DNA from: a virus
Taxonomy: Duplodnaviria > Caudoviricetes
Strand: one strand, 5' to 3'
IMG/VR virus record: IMGVR_UViG_3300021958_000024
Length of the DNA stretch: 64,000 nucleotides
Under the pieces are notes generated by a model, which worked only from the letters and a program-made list of their open reading frames with translations, was not told where the DNA came from and searched no databases. Below are positions 1-8,328 of this stretch, piece after piece. A program made the position numbers and the translations under genes. Each line of letters begins with the position of its first letter. Within the stretch, counting starts at the first letter, position 1.

Positions 1-1
1 T

Positions 2-151
2 CCAAAAGGACTTACATCTCAAAAGAAAACTACAAGTGAGAAACCAGTTGTAAGAAATACACGAACTGGTCATGTTGCCATGGACGCTGACTATGCGAAT
101 AAGAAAATGATTCGTAAGACAGAACCTATTATTCGTAGAAAAAGGAGGTAA
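2..151 (+). CDS. 3' end of a gene truncated by the window edge (basic C-terminus ...PIIRRKRR)
   Basis: Open frame from position 2 to TAA at 149-151; AGGAGG at its end can act as RBS for the ATG at 157. Confidence 0.6.
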   Translation, partial: PKGLTSQKKTTSEKPVVRNTRTGHVAMDADYANKKMIRKTEPIIRRKRR

Positions 152-156
152 GTATT

Positions 157-2154
157 ATGGCAGATCCAAAAACTGATATAAATGAATCTTTATGTTGTAT
201 TGCTTTAAGATATATTGATAAGTATCCAACAAATAGTGTGGATGATTTTGTTGACATGATAACTACTGAGGGTAAAAAACCAGAGGAGTGGAGTGATAAT
301 GGTGTTCTGGAAAATTTGGAAATAGGAAGAGGAAAATATAGAACACATTCAACATATAGATCTGCTTATGGTCAGAAAGATTCAAATAAAAATTTAAAAT
401 ATGAAACTTGGATTAAAGGGTCATTTTATAGTGCTCAAGCAATAAGGAAAAAGTTAAATGTTGTTTTAAGTCAATACATCATATCAAGACCAGACGAAGA
501 AGAAAATAATAAATCTTATATAATTAAAGAGAAATGTGCTTCTGCAATCAAAAATTGGTCAAATGTTTTTAGCAGGACTGATGTAGCAAAAGCACAAAAA
601 TGGTCTCCGGGAATTTTATCTAAGTTAAACTCTGATAAAATTAATATTGCAGATATTATGTTAATACATAAAAATCCTGAAGTTTATGATGAACTTGATG
701 AAATTCAAGAAATAACAAATAAAGTAAAATGGAAGGATGTCTGTAATAATCCATCAATCATTAAAAATTTACTAACACCCAAAAAATATAATGAATACAT
801 GAATAGAGCATGGTTGATAAAAGATATATTCAACATTTCTTTAAAAAAAGTATTGTCTGAAAATTTTCCTGTAAAACTGATAAACTTAGACAGAAACTCT
901 GCCAAAGAATATGATAGTGATATTGACGAATTTCAATTTTTGCTAACATCATTAGTTGGTGCTGCTAAATCTGGTTCTCTTTCTAATTTTGAAAACCTAA
1001 TTAAAGAAACTATTGATTTAGAACCTGTTATTTTTTCTGCAAATGATAGATTGGAAGTTAAATATAAACTTAATATCAAAAATCTTAACTTGAATAAAGT
1101 AAAGTCATATGATTATACAATGTGGACTAATTTTGGTGGAGGTCAAAATTCTGTTTACTTTTCTCAAGCAGGCAGTAAATCTGCTTCTGGAGAAGGAGGA
1201 ATAACACTTACTTACTTTTCAAATTTGGTTAAAGATATTCCAAAGTTAAGAACGTTCCTAACATATATGAAACTAAAAAGAAAAGAATATTTTAATGCAG
1301 CATGTCAAAAATATGGTTTAAATTTTAGTGATTCTAAAATGGGAGATTCTTCACTATCAAATGCCAAATATAATTCTATTCTTTATACATCAAATGATTT
1401 CAAAAAGTTAGTTCATGTTCTATTGACTGATGAACCAGTAACACAAAAAGATGTAATCACGCCTATAAAATATATCACCAAAAGTACTGGAGAGGTGATT
1501 ATAAATGATGGTCAAAAATTAACCAAAATTGATTATAAGTCAATGTTAGTCTTGGAAGATTTTTTTAAATCATATGTTAATTTTTTATCAAACAATAGTA
1601 GTCAAATGGGAACATATTTTGGTTTGAGTGAAAAAACGAAAAAAAGTTTAATAACTCAAGGAAGAAAAATGTATCAAAAATTTGAACAAGTTTATAATAA
1701 AGAAGTTTTATCAAAGAAAAAGAAAAAATTAGATCAAAAAAAATATGAAACTTTGAAAAAAGACATTGGTAAAATTAAAGGCATTAGTGGAACAGAGACA
1801 ACAAAACTAAAAAATGAAAGAATACTTAACGCAGTTTCTTTGACAGAGAGTGAAATTAAGTCAATAAAACAATTTTCTGTCTCAGAAGCAAGAAAATGGA
1901 AAAGCAAAGAATATAAAAGTTTTAAAGAATCATATAAAAAAGGATTTGCACTTCTTGCAAATGCGGAGTTTGGTTATATGTATTCTGAATACGCAGATAA
2001 AATTAACGAATTGGTGAAAAAACAAGTATTACTATCATTATATGCCGCAGCAAGTGGTAGAGGTTATATTATATTTGAAGGAAAAAAATTTGAAATGGAT
2101 GATTATTTTGAAAAAGATGTAAAAGGTGCTCCTTATCTAAAAGTTGGTATGTGA
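157..2154 (+). CDS. Large Lys/Asn-rich hypothetical protein with a possible N-terminal PD-(D/E)xK-like nuclease core
   Basis: 665-aa ORF with AGGAGG RBS; motif pair ADIMLI...FNISLKK resembles the D...(I/V)SLK variant of the restriction-endonuclease fold; very AT-rich. Confidence 0.55.
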   Translation: MADPKTDINESLCCIALRYIDKYPTNSVDDFVDMITTEGKKPEEWSDNGVLENLEIGRGKYRTHSTYRSAYGQKDSNKNLKYETWIKGSFYSAQAIRKKLNVVLSQYIISRPDEEENNKSYIIKEKCASAIKNWSNVFSRTDVAKAQKWSPGILSKLNSDKINIADIMLIHKNPEVYDELDEIQEITNKVKWKDVCNNPSIIKNLLTPKKYNEYMNRAWLIKDIFNISLKKVLSENFPVKLINLDRNSAKEYDSDIDEFQFLLTSLVGAAKSGSLSNFENLIKETIDLEPVIFSANDRLEVKYKLNIKNLNLNKVKSYDYTMWTNFGGGQNSVYFSQAGSKSASGEGGITLTYFSNLVKDIPKLRTFLTYMKLKRKEYFNAACQKYGLNFSDSKMGDSSLSNAKYNSILYTSNDFKKLVHVLLTDEPVTQKDVITPIKYITKSTGEVIINDGQKLTKIDYKSMLVLEDFFKSYVNFLSNNSSQMGTYFGLSEKTKKSLITQGRKMYQKFEQVYNKEVLSKKKKKLDQKKYETLKKDIGKIKGISGTETTKLKNERILNAVSLTESEIKSIKQFSVSEARKWKSKEYKSFKESYKKGFALLANAEFGYMYSEYADKINELVKKQVLLSLYAAASGRGYIIFEGKKFEMDDYFEKDVKGAPYLKVGM

Positions 2155-2207
2155 CACTACACAAAGTGTCCATTGTATATTGATTTTCCTAGAGAATATA
2201 TTATACT
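2150..2207 (+). promoter_or_regulatory. Early-type promoter: palindromic element + sigma70-like boxes
   Basis: TGTGACACTACACAAAGTGTCCAT (2150-2173), TTGATT (2180), TATACT (2202). Confidence 0.65.
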
Positions 2208-2230
2208 GTCTTCATACTTAGAAAAAATCC

Positions 2231-2395
2231 ATGTCCAAAGATTTTAAAATCAATCTTGATGAACGAGAAATCAACACTATCTTGTATGCTTTAAGTTGTC
2301 TTTCCGATACTACACAAGAATGGACTGCATACAACGATAAGTATGAATATTCCGTATATTTGAAAGAAAAACTTGAAGAGATTATTGTAGAATAG
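2231..2395 (+). CDS. Small hypothetical protein (54 aa, MSKDFKINLDERE...)
   Basis: ATG-TAG frame directly behind the promoter; below ORF-track cutoff. Confidence 0.6.
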   Translation: MSKDFKINLDEREINTILYALSCLSDTTQEWTAYNDKYEYSVYLKEKLEEIIVE

Positions 2396-2398
2396 ACA

Positions 2399-2426
2399 AT
2401 CAAAAAACTGACGCCAGTTTTTTGAT
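2399..2426. terminator. Symmetric hairpin, possible bidirectional terminator
   Basis: ATCAAAAAACTG-ACGC-CAGTTTTTTGAT perfect inverted repeat just after the stop at 2395. Confidence 0.4.
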
Positions 2427-2490
2427 ATGATTCCATTGTTGACGAATGTCAAGGAGTTCAAATCAAATAACAACAAATCAAAATAGGACC

Positions 2491-2519
2491 TTGCCTAGCG
2501 GTCCTTTGGGTGCTATAAT
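2491..2519 (+). promoter_or_regulatory. sigma70-like promoter for the helicase
   Basis: TTGCCT-N17-TATAAT with extended -10 TG; lies inside the ORF-track N-terminus, implying a later start codon. Confidence 0.65.
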
Positions 2520-2544
2520 TCATTCATACGCAACAGAGACTACC

Positions 2545-3774
2545 TTGACCATCTCCCTTCGTCCTCACCAGCAACGTGCTTGCGATGCTATGCTGGCATT
2601 TGACAAGGGTCAAATCATTGTTCCTACTGGTGGAGGCAAGACTCTTGCCATTATTACTGATGTCAAAAATATCTTTGATTCCAACGATGGTGCTAAAACT
2701 ATTGTTGTAGTTGTTGCTCCACGTATTCTACTTGCAGAGCAACTTTGTTCTGAGTTCCTTGAGCATATTGATAATGTTGCTGTGATGCACGTTCACAGCG
2801 GTGATACTAAGCATTTTAGTAGCACCAAACCAAATGCTATTCACAATTGGTCATATCGAGCATACAGTAAGCAACTAATCTTTACCACATATCATTCCCT
2901 GCATCGTATTAAAGAAGCAGGTCTAAATGTTCACACCATTCACTTTGATGAAAGTCACAACTCAGTCCAGAAAAGTTTCTTTCCTGCCACAGAGTATTTC
3001 TCTGCTAATGCTAACCGCTGCTATTTCCACACTGCTACTCCCGTTCATTCTGCGGTTGCTAACAAACCTGGAATGAACGATGGTGAAGTTTATGGGGATG
3101 TAATCTACAAGGTTCCTGCACCTGAACTTGTTAATGGTGGTTTTATTGTTCCTCCACTCGTCAGTGTGAAGCAACTTGACATTGCTTCCTCTAACGTGTT
3201 TGAGAGAGATTGTAAGCACCTTCTAGAGACCATTGAGAGTGAATCTATTCACAAGGGTCTTATTTGTGCAAAGTCTACAAAAATAATCGTTGGTCTTGTT
3301 TCTAACACTAGTTTTGTGGAGGAAATGAAAGAGCGTGATTATTCTGTACTTTACATCACATCTAAGACTGGTGCTGTCATTGATGGCAAGAAAGTGAAGC
3401 GTGATGTATTCTTCAAGACTCTAAATGCTTGGGGTAAGGACAACGACAAAAAGTTTGTTGTCCTTCACCATAGCATCATTTCTGAAGGTATCAATGTCAG
3501 TGGACTAGAAGCAGTTATTTTCATGCGTTCTATGAACTACATTGGTATTCTTCAAAGTGTGGGACGCACATTGCGTCTACATCTTGAAGATGCTCAAGGT
3601 ATGCGAGATGGTACTATTCCTGCTGGACAGTACCATCTTTATCGCAAACCTTTTGGTAAAGTTGTGATTCCTGCCCATGATAAGGTTGGCATCACAACTG
3701 CCAAAAAGATCCAAAACGCACTTGACATTGTATTCCAGCAAGGTGAAGTGTGCGAAACCATTATCAAACGATGA
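2545..3774 (+). CDS. Superfamily 2 (ResIII/DEAD-like) helicase
   Basis: LRPHQ Q-motif, PTGGGKT Walker A, DESH motif II, TAT motif III, QSVGRTLR motif VI; start moved to in-frame TTG at 2545 downstream of the promoter. Confidence 0.85.
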   Translation: MTISLRPHQQRACDAMLAFDKGQIIVPTGGGKTLAIITDVKNIFDSNDGAKTIVVVVAPRILLAEQLCSEFLEHIDNVAVMHVHSGDTKHFSSTKPNAIHNWSYRAYSKQLIFTTYHSLHRIKEAGLNVHTIHFDESHNSVQKSFFPATEYFSANANRCYFHTATPVHSAVANKPGMNDGEVYGDVIYKVPAPELVNGGFIVPPLVSVKQLDIASSNVFERDCKHLLETIESESIHKGLICAKSTKIIVGLVSNTSFVEEMKERDYSVLYITSKTGAVIDGKKVKRDVFFKTLNAWGKDNDKKFVVLHHSIISEGINVSGLEAVIFMRSMNYIGILQSVGRTLRLHLEDAQGMRDGTIPAGQYHLYRKPFGKVVIPAHDKVGITTAKKIQNALDIVFQQGEVCETIIKR

Positions 3775-3805
3775 TCATGTTTAAGTATTCACCAATCATT
3801 AACAT

Positions 3806-4003
3806 ATGTCAAAGGGATTTACTATAGGAAAATGGGAATATGATACATTATATGCTGCTGTTCCTTTAGCGGGAAGCACATCTAAACTTGTAATAATACA
3901 TCAAGGTCAACAAATAAAGGTGTGTAGAAATGAACAATCTGCACGAAACTTTATTGAAAAGCATAGAAAATCAAAATCAAAGGGTGTTCTGCCAGTTGAT
4001 TAA
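3806..4003 (+). CDS. Hypothetical protein
   Basis: 65-aa ORF in gene-dense + strand run. Confidence 0.65.
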   Translation: MSKGFTIGKWEYDTLYAAVPLAGSTSKLVIIHQGQQIKVCRNEQSARNFIEKHRKSKSKGVLPVD

Positions 4004-4045
4004 CTGTTCACTCATCACCCTGCTGTCGCGGTAGGGTGATATTAT
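3988..4045 (+). promoter_or_regulatory. Early-type promoter: palindromic element + -10 box
   Basis: TCTGCCAGTTGATTAACTGTTCAC (3988-4011), TATTAT (4040), AGGTCAAAG leader. Confidence 0.6.
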
Positions 4046-4074
4046 TAAAAGGTCAAAGCACACAACACAAACAC

Positions 4075-4443
4075 ATGGCAAAAGTCGTCTACAACAACTG
4101 TATTGGTGGTTTTGCACTATCAAACGATGCACTTTATCGCATGGTGCAACTTGGTTCTCCTTACATCAAACCAAATCCTGAGTTTGAAGCAACCAATGAG
4201 TATGGTGATGGAACTACCACCAAATGGTGGGAGGCAAAGTATATTTACGACTGGGATCTTCCTCGTCACGATGAGATTCTAGTGCAAGTAGTTGCTGAAC
4301 TGGGTGATCGTGCCAACGGTCCAGGCGCATCACTTAAACTTGCTGATGTAGTCTCCCAGTATATTATTATGGACACTCGGGGTATGGAGCAAGTTATCCA
4401 ACCCCAAGAGATCCAATGGCAAACCGCAACCAATCGTCTTTGA
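4075..4443 (+). CDS. Hypothetical protein (KVVYNNCIGGFALS...RHDEILVQVV motif)
   Basis: ORF-track frame; start moved to ATG 4075 downstream of promoter. Confidence 0.7.
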   Translation: MAKVVYNNCIGGFALSNDALYRMVQLGSPYIKPNPEFEATNEYGDGTTTKWWEAKYIYDWDLPRHDEILVQVVAELGDRANGPGASLKLADVVSQYIIMDTRGMEQVIQPQEIQWQTATNRL

Positions 4444-4445
4444 TT

Positions 4446-4985
4446 ATGACCTACACATTTAACGGTGGTATTCAAACAGGCACAGTTGCAACTGATGCCC
4501 GTGCTCGCAAACTTGACGAGCAATGTAAGCATGTGAAGAAAACTATTCTTCCTATTATTTCTGCGATCTATCCTGAAGTAACTATGCAGATCAGACTTAC
4601 TAAAGCACAGATTCCTGGCAGTAAAGGTGCTTGCGAACCCGATGGTGGTTTGTGGTTCTACAAAGGCAAACTGATTTCAGTGTTTGAAGGTAAGAAACAG
4701 CAGGATCGAGGTAATGCTATCGAACGCTGGTTCAAAAACAACTATATTTGCCGAAAGATCAATTCTGAGGTGAGTTATGTCACTTTCTGTACTGGTGAAG
4801 GTGCATATGATGATGGTACGATTGGCAAAACCCTGCATGTTGCTCATCTTGCAGGAGTGAATCAGTATAATCCTGGAGATAACTCTGTATTTTACAATAC
4901 AGACTGCTTTACACGAGAGTTTATTTCTGATACAATGCTAGAAGTGCTCTCAGAGCGTATTCAATCGGTAGATCTATCTCAATGA
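4446..4985 (+). CDS. EcoRI-family type II restriction endonuclease
   Basis: PDGG...FEGKKQ catalytic PD-(D/E)xK motif followed by GNAIERWFKN, matching EcoRI PDGG...EAKHQG...GNAIERSHKN; ATGA overlap with the methylase. Confidence 0.75.
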   Translation: MTYTFNGGIQTGTVATDARARKLDEQCKHVKKTILPIISAIYPEVTMQIRLTKAQIPGSKGACEPDGGLWFYKGKLISVFEGKKQQDRGNAIERWFKNNYICRKINSEVSYVTFCTGEGAYDDGTIGKTLHVAHLAGVNQYNPGDNSVFYNTDCFTREFISDTMLEVLSERIQSVDLSQ

Positions 4986-5821
4986 AACCTTTATTCATCT
5001 GGGCAGGTGGTAAAACAAAGGTGCTAAAACATTATGCACCTTTTATGCCATCTGCCCCTTTTTCTACATATTATGAACCATTCTTTGGTGGTGGTGCAAT
5101 GTTTGTCCATGTGATGAACACATATAAACCAAAGAATGTTGTCATCAATGACATCAACGATGATGTGATGAACATCTATCGTTCGATTCGTAATGAATAT
5201 GATGAGTTTATTGATAGAGTCGATAGTTTAGAATCTCAATATCTGCCATTGAGCAAAGAAGATCGCAAGAAGTTTTATTTTGATATTAGACATCTTCATG
5301 CATGGAACTATCAAGAATGGAGCAAACCATTTGAAGCAGCAACACTATATTTTTTGATGAAGACTGGATTCAATGGTATCTATCAACTGAACAAGAATAC
5401 TAATGGAAGGTATGGAACACCTGCTGGATTGCTGAACCAGAAGGATAAGATCTATGATCGCTCTGTGATGCTATGGTGGAAACAAGCACTGCAAAGTGTA
5501 GATATTCGCTCTGGTGATTGGAAAGATGCCGTAACTGATGATCCTGATGGTTTCTTCTTCTTTGATCCACCATATCGTGATAGTTTTGCAGATTATGGCA
5601 ATGGATTTGATGAGCAGGCACTGCTAGACCTTATCGACTTTGCCGATGCACAAAATACAGTTTTTGTTGCTAACCGTGCAGATGATAACTGGTTTGATGA
5701 TAAATCAAAGTCATTAAATGTTCATTACTTTAACATCACATACACTGCTGGTCGTAGGAAGAAAACAGCAACAGGATATGCTGCAAAGCAAGCGCGTGAA
5801 ATCCTACTTTACAAACCTTGA
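4982..5821 (+). CDS. D12-class (Dam-like, alpha group) N6-adenine DNA methyltransferase
   Basis: KPLFIWAGGK, EPFFGGG SAM-binding motif, INDIN, FNGIY, DPPY catalytic motif. Confidence 0.92.
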   Translation: MKPLFIWAGGKTKVLKHYAPFMPSAPFSTYYEPFFGGGAMFVHVMNTYKPKNVVINDINDDVMNIYRSIRNEYDEFIDRVDSLESQYLPLSKEDRKKFYFDIRHLHAWNYQEWSKPFEAATLYFLMKTGFNGIYQLNKNTNGRYGTPAGLLNQKDKIYDRSVMLWWKQALQSVDIRSGDWKDAVTDDPDGFFFFDPPYRDSFADYGNGFDEQALLDLIDFADAQNTVFVANRADDNWFDDKSKSLNVHYFNITYTAGRRKKTATGYAAKQAREILLYKP

Positions 5822-5846
5822 CAGACTCATCCGTCCATACTAATCT
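5818..5846 (+). promoter_or_regulatory. sigma70-like promoter for ORF 5870
   Basis: TTGACA-N17-TAATCT. Confidence 0.5.
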
Positions 5847-5869
5847 ACCTATGTTGTCCACACTACATT

Positions 5870-6391
5870 ATGTTTGACATCAAACAAATCAATCTTGAAG
5901 AGTTTTTCGGTTGTGTAGATGCAACTAACACAACGCAGATGAAGTCTAATACCTTCAAGACCTTTCGTACATGGTTGCAAGAGAAATCATTTGCCAAATG
6001 GAGTAATAATCAACTGAAATATGTTGGTGACTATACTGATGGCACAGATTTTACATCAGATGATGGTACTCGATATGAAATGAAAGGTGCTCTCGGTATG
6101 TTCAACAAGAATGGATCTACCAAGAGCATTGTTCTTAAGAACTTTCAATCTGATAATAAAGTAATCGAAAAGACTTTTGATTACATGCTACTGGTTGATA
6201 CTAAGAACATGTCTATTGCATCAGTTGATTGGGAAACTGTAGAGAAGCGTATCTACTACACTCCCAAATCACCAACAGCAAAAGTAAAGTTTATTCCTGG
6301 TGATTTTACTATTCTAGCAACAGATATTAAACCCGCAAGTAAATCTATCAGTGCAGGTGAGATTCTAGATAAGGTTGAGGTGATTCTGTAA
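5870..6391 (+). CDS. Putative PD-(D/E)xK-type nuclease
   Basis: E (LQEK)...GTDF...RYEMKG arrangement typical of restriction-like nucleases; later FDYMLLVD strand. Confidence 0.5.
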   Translation: MFDIKQINLEEFFGCVDATNTTQMKSNTFKTFRTWLQEKSFAKWSNNQLKYVGDYTDGTDFTSDDGTRYEMKGALGMFNKNGSTKSIVLKNFQSDNKVIEKTFDYMLLVDTKNMSIASVDWETVEKRIYYTPKSPTAKVKFIPGDFTILATDIKPASKSISAGEILDKVEVIL

Positions 6392-6696
6392 TGGCAACTT
6401 GGGAAGGTGAAGCATGGTTAGGATCTGCATCTGGAAGACAAAAAGTTAGAGTTCAGTCTAACACTTTCCATGGTGCAAAAGAGCAAATCGAGCAAATCTA
6501 TGGATCTACAGATGTTTGGAATCTGAGAGAAGTTCGATCATCCTCAAGTTCTAGTTCTTCTGAAGGTGTTTTTTCACTGTTAGTTGTATTATTTGTCATT
6601 GGTTTGATTGTTCAATTTTGGCATATTGCTATGTGGATAATCTTAGGTCTGCTTATTCTTGGGGTTGTTGGTTATATCTTTGGAGATGATGAATAA
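6391..6696 (+). CDS. Small membrane protein
   Basis: Soluble N-terminus, poly-Ser linker, two hydrophobic C-terminal segments; TAATG overlap. Confidence 0.7.
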   Translation: MATWEGEAWLGSASGRQKVRVQSNTFHGAKEQIEQIYGSTDVWNLREVRSSSSSSSSEGVFSLLVVLFVIGLIVQFWHIAMWIILGLLILGVVGYIFGDDE

Positions 6697-6701
6697 TACT
6701 C

Positions 6702-6771
6702 TGTGACAGTCCTAGAAGCGTCCACAAGGCGCTTCCAACCCACCTTCCTGCCTTATACTATAAGAGTCAAC
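6702..6771 (+). promoter_or_regulatory. Early-type promoter: palindromic element + -10 box
   Basis: TGTGACAGTCCTAGAAGCGTCCAC (6702-6725), TATACT (6754), AAGAGTCAA leader. Confidence 0.7.
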
Positions 6772-6786
6772 AACACACCTCTGAGC

Positions 6787-6960
6787 ATGTCTGACGCTTA
6801 CCTGGATGAAGTTCAAGTCGAAGAACTGATGGTCGAGGAAATGATATATGATGATTACGCTCCCACAGAGGAAGATTGGGAGTCTAATCCTTTCTTCGAC
6901 GATGATGCCGATCTCGAAGCATTCTCTCTTGAATGTGCATTTGGTCCTGAAGAGTATTGA
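6787..6960 (+). CDS. Small, extremely acidic protein
   Basis: MSDAYLDEVQVEE...GPEEY; no Lys/Arg; start moved to ATG 6787. Confidence 0.65.
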   Translation: MSDAYLDEVQVEELMVEEMIYDDYAPTEEDWESNPFFDDDADLEAFSLECAFGPEEY

Positions 6961-6962
6961 TT

Positions 6963-7130
6963 ATGCTTTCAGCATTAAACAAACCACGCTCACCATCATT
7001 TTATCACGGACTAATGTTTAAGATCGCAATCACTGTCGGTCTTTTATATTTTTTTTGGGAACCACTGCGTCCCGTTCGCCATGTGACAGCAGACGCACTG
7101 TCCTTCACTGCCGAACAGATCCGCCGATAG
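6963..7130 (+). CDS. Small protein with one hydrophobic segment (55 aa)
   Basis: MLSALNKPRS...MFKIAITVGLLYFFWEPLRPVRHVTADALSFTAEQIRR; read by hand. Confidence 0.55.
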   Translation: MLSALNKPRSPSFYHGLMFKIAITVGLLYFFWEPLRPVRHVTADALSFTAEQIRR

Positions 7131-7140
7131 GGTCTAAACT
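7082..7140 (+). promoter_or_regulatory. Early-type promoter embedded in the end of the preceding ORF
   Basis: TGTGACAGCAGACGCACTGTCCTT (7082-7105), TAAACT (7135). Confidence 0.6.
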
Positions 7141-7169
7141 TACTTCAGTTCACACAACCACACCGAACA

Positions 7170-7346
7170 ATGACCAAGCAACAGTCCCTCCAGTCTGCTC
7201 GCAACGTGATCACTGACAAGCAGGATGCTAACCGCGAAGAACTGAAACGTGCTGCACTTGCAGCAGGTCGTGGTGCTCAAGCAGTCAGCAAAGCAAGCAC
7301 TCTGCGCCTTGCTTTCTGGATTTCTTTTGGTGCTTCTGCTATCTGA
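7170..7346 (+). CDS. Small Ala-rich hypothetical protein (58 aa)
   Basis: MTKQQSLQSARNV...WISFGASAI; followed by small hairpin AGGGCA-TT-TGCCCT. Confidence 0.6.
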   Translation: MTKQQSLQSARNVITDKQDANREELKRAALAAGRGAQAVSKASTLRLAFWISFGASAI

Positions 7347-7392
7347 GTAGGGCATTTGCCCTCTAGTTTCATTCACTTTATTCTTGCAAATC

Positions 7393-7806
7393 ATGGGAAC
7401 TCGCTCACGAATCGGTATCGAACTCTCTGACCAATCCATTCTTTCTGTCTATCATCACTGGAATGGTTATCCTGAATGGTTGGGTCGTATTCTAGAGACA
7501 CACTACAACACCAGAGAACTGGTGGAAGAGTTGATTGATGGTGGTGATATGTCTATCTGTTGGACTGATAAAGTGTGGGGACAACCTCGCACTGATGGAC
7601 AGAAGTATGGTCCTGAGACTTATGCTGCCCGTGGTGAACATTGCCCTCCTCGTTTGGATAAAGATATGGAAGAGTTCTTCTCTATGGGTGAAGAATACTC
7701 TTACATCTTCCGTGATGGTAACTGGTTTGCCTATGATATGCACCAGTTTGATGACACTTTAGCACCAGAACCTGTTGAAATCCCTAGTGGAGCGTTGATG
7801 GTATGA
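7393..7806 (+). CDS. Conserved-type phage hypothetical protein (MGTRSRIG...YHHWNGYP)
   Basis: ORF-track frame, start at ATG 7393. Confidence 0.75.
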   Translation: MGTRSRIGIELSDQSILSVYHHWNGYPEWLGRILETHYNTRELVEELIDGGDMSICWTDKVWGQPRTDGQKYGPETYAARGEHCPPRLDKDMEEFFSMGEEYSYIFRDGNWFAYDMHQFDDTLAPEPVEIPSGALMV

Positions 7807-8081
7807 TTATCACCAAAGATCAACTGCAAGTAAAGCGTAGTGAGTGGGAGTGCTATATTGACACTCCCGATTCTGTCATTGAAAGTATCAACAATGAATT
7901 TCTTGAGATTCTGAACACGACAAACAGTCCAGTGCTTGCTCAGAAGCGGATTTATCGGTTTTTATATAATAATCATCGAAAGTGGGGATTTAGTGATTCT
8001 GAATGTAACGAAACTGCCACAAATGTGATCAATCAATACTATAATAGTAATATAAATCGTTGGGCATCTTTAATCCTATGA
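7803..8081 (+). CDS. Hypothetical protein
   Basis: ATGA-coupled to upstream gene. Confidence 0.65.
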   Translation: MIITKDQLQVKRSEWECYIDTPDSVIESINNEFLEILNTTNSPVLAQKRIYRFLYNNHRKWGFSDSECNETATNVINQYYNSNINRWASLIL

Positions 8082-8290
8082 TTGACCGTACATTTTTAGA
8101 CAACATGACCCACGATCAGAAAGAATGTCTAGCAGAAGACTGTGAAGACTATCTTGTTCATCGTCACATTCCTCTGCATTCTCACTCTTACGATAACATT
8201 ATCATGCAGGCGATTAAGGAAGGTTATCAACTATCAAAAAATAATAGGACACTTCCCAAACCGCCCACTATTCATCCATATTTCCCCTGA
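8078..8290 (+). CDS. Hypothetical protein
   Basis: ATGA overlap at 8078-8081; C-terminus runs through the next promoter element. Confidence 0.6.
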   Translation: MIDRTFLDNMTHDQKECLAEDCEDYLVHRHIPLHSHSYDNIIMQAIKEGYQLSKNNRTLPKPPTIHPYFP

Positions 8291-8312
8291 TTTCTGCAAT
8301 ACTATAGGAGTC
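8245..8312 (+). promoter_or_regulatory. Early-type promoter (variant palindrome)
   Basis: TAGGACACTTCCCAAACCGCCCAC (8245-8268), TACTAT (8300), AGGAGTC leader. Confidence 0.55.
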
Positions 8313-8328
8313 GTCGGGATTTCACCCC

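Noticed and set aside
2446-2544. N-terminal extensions given by the ORF track (also at 4036, 6703, 10965, 13306)
   Set aside because: They span promoter elements; downstream starts fit better
4446-4985. GAATTC (true EcoRI) specificity
   Set aside because: Depletion affects AATT in all flanking contexts seen, and GAATTC persists (near 23283, 37704, 52851, 55325)
4982-5821. Labelling the methylase as dam (GATC-specific)
   Set aside because: Family motifs do not fix specificity and context points to another target; GATC remains possible, so no symbol was given
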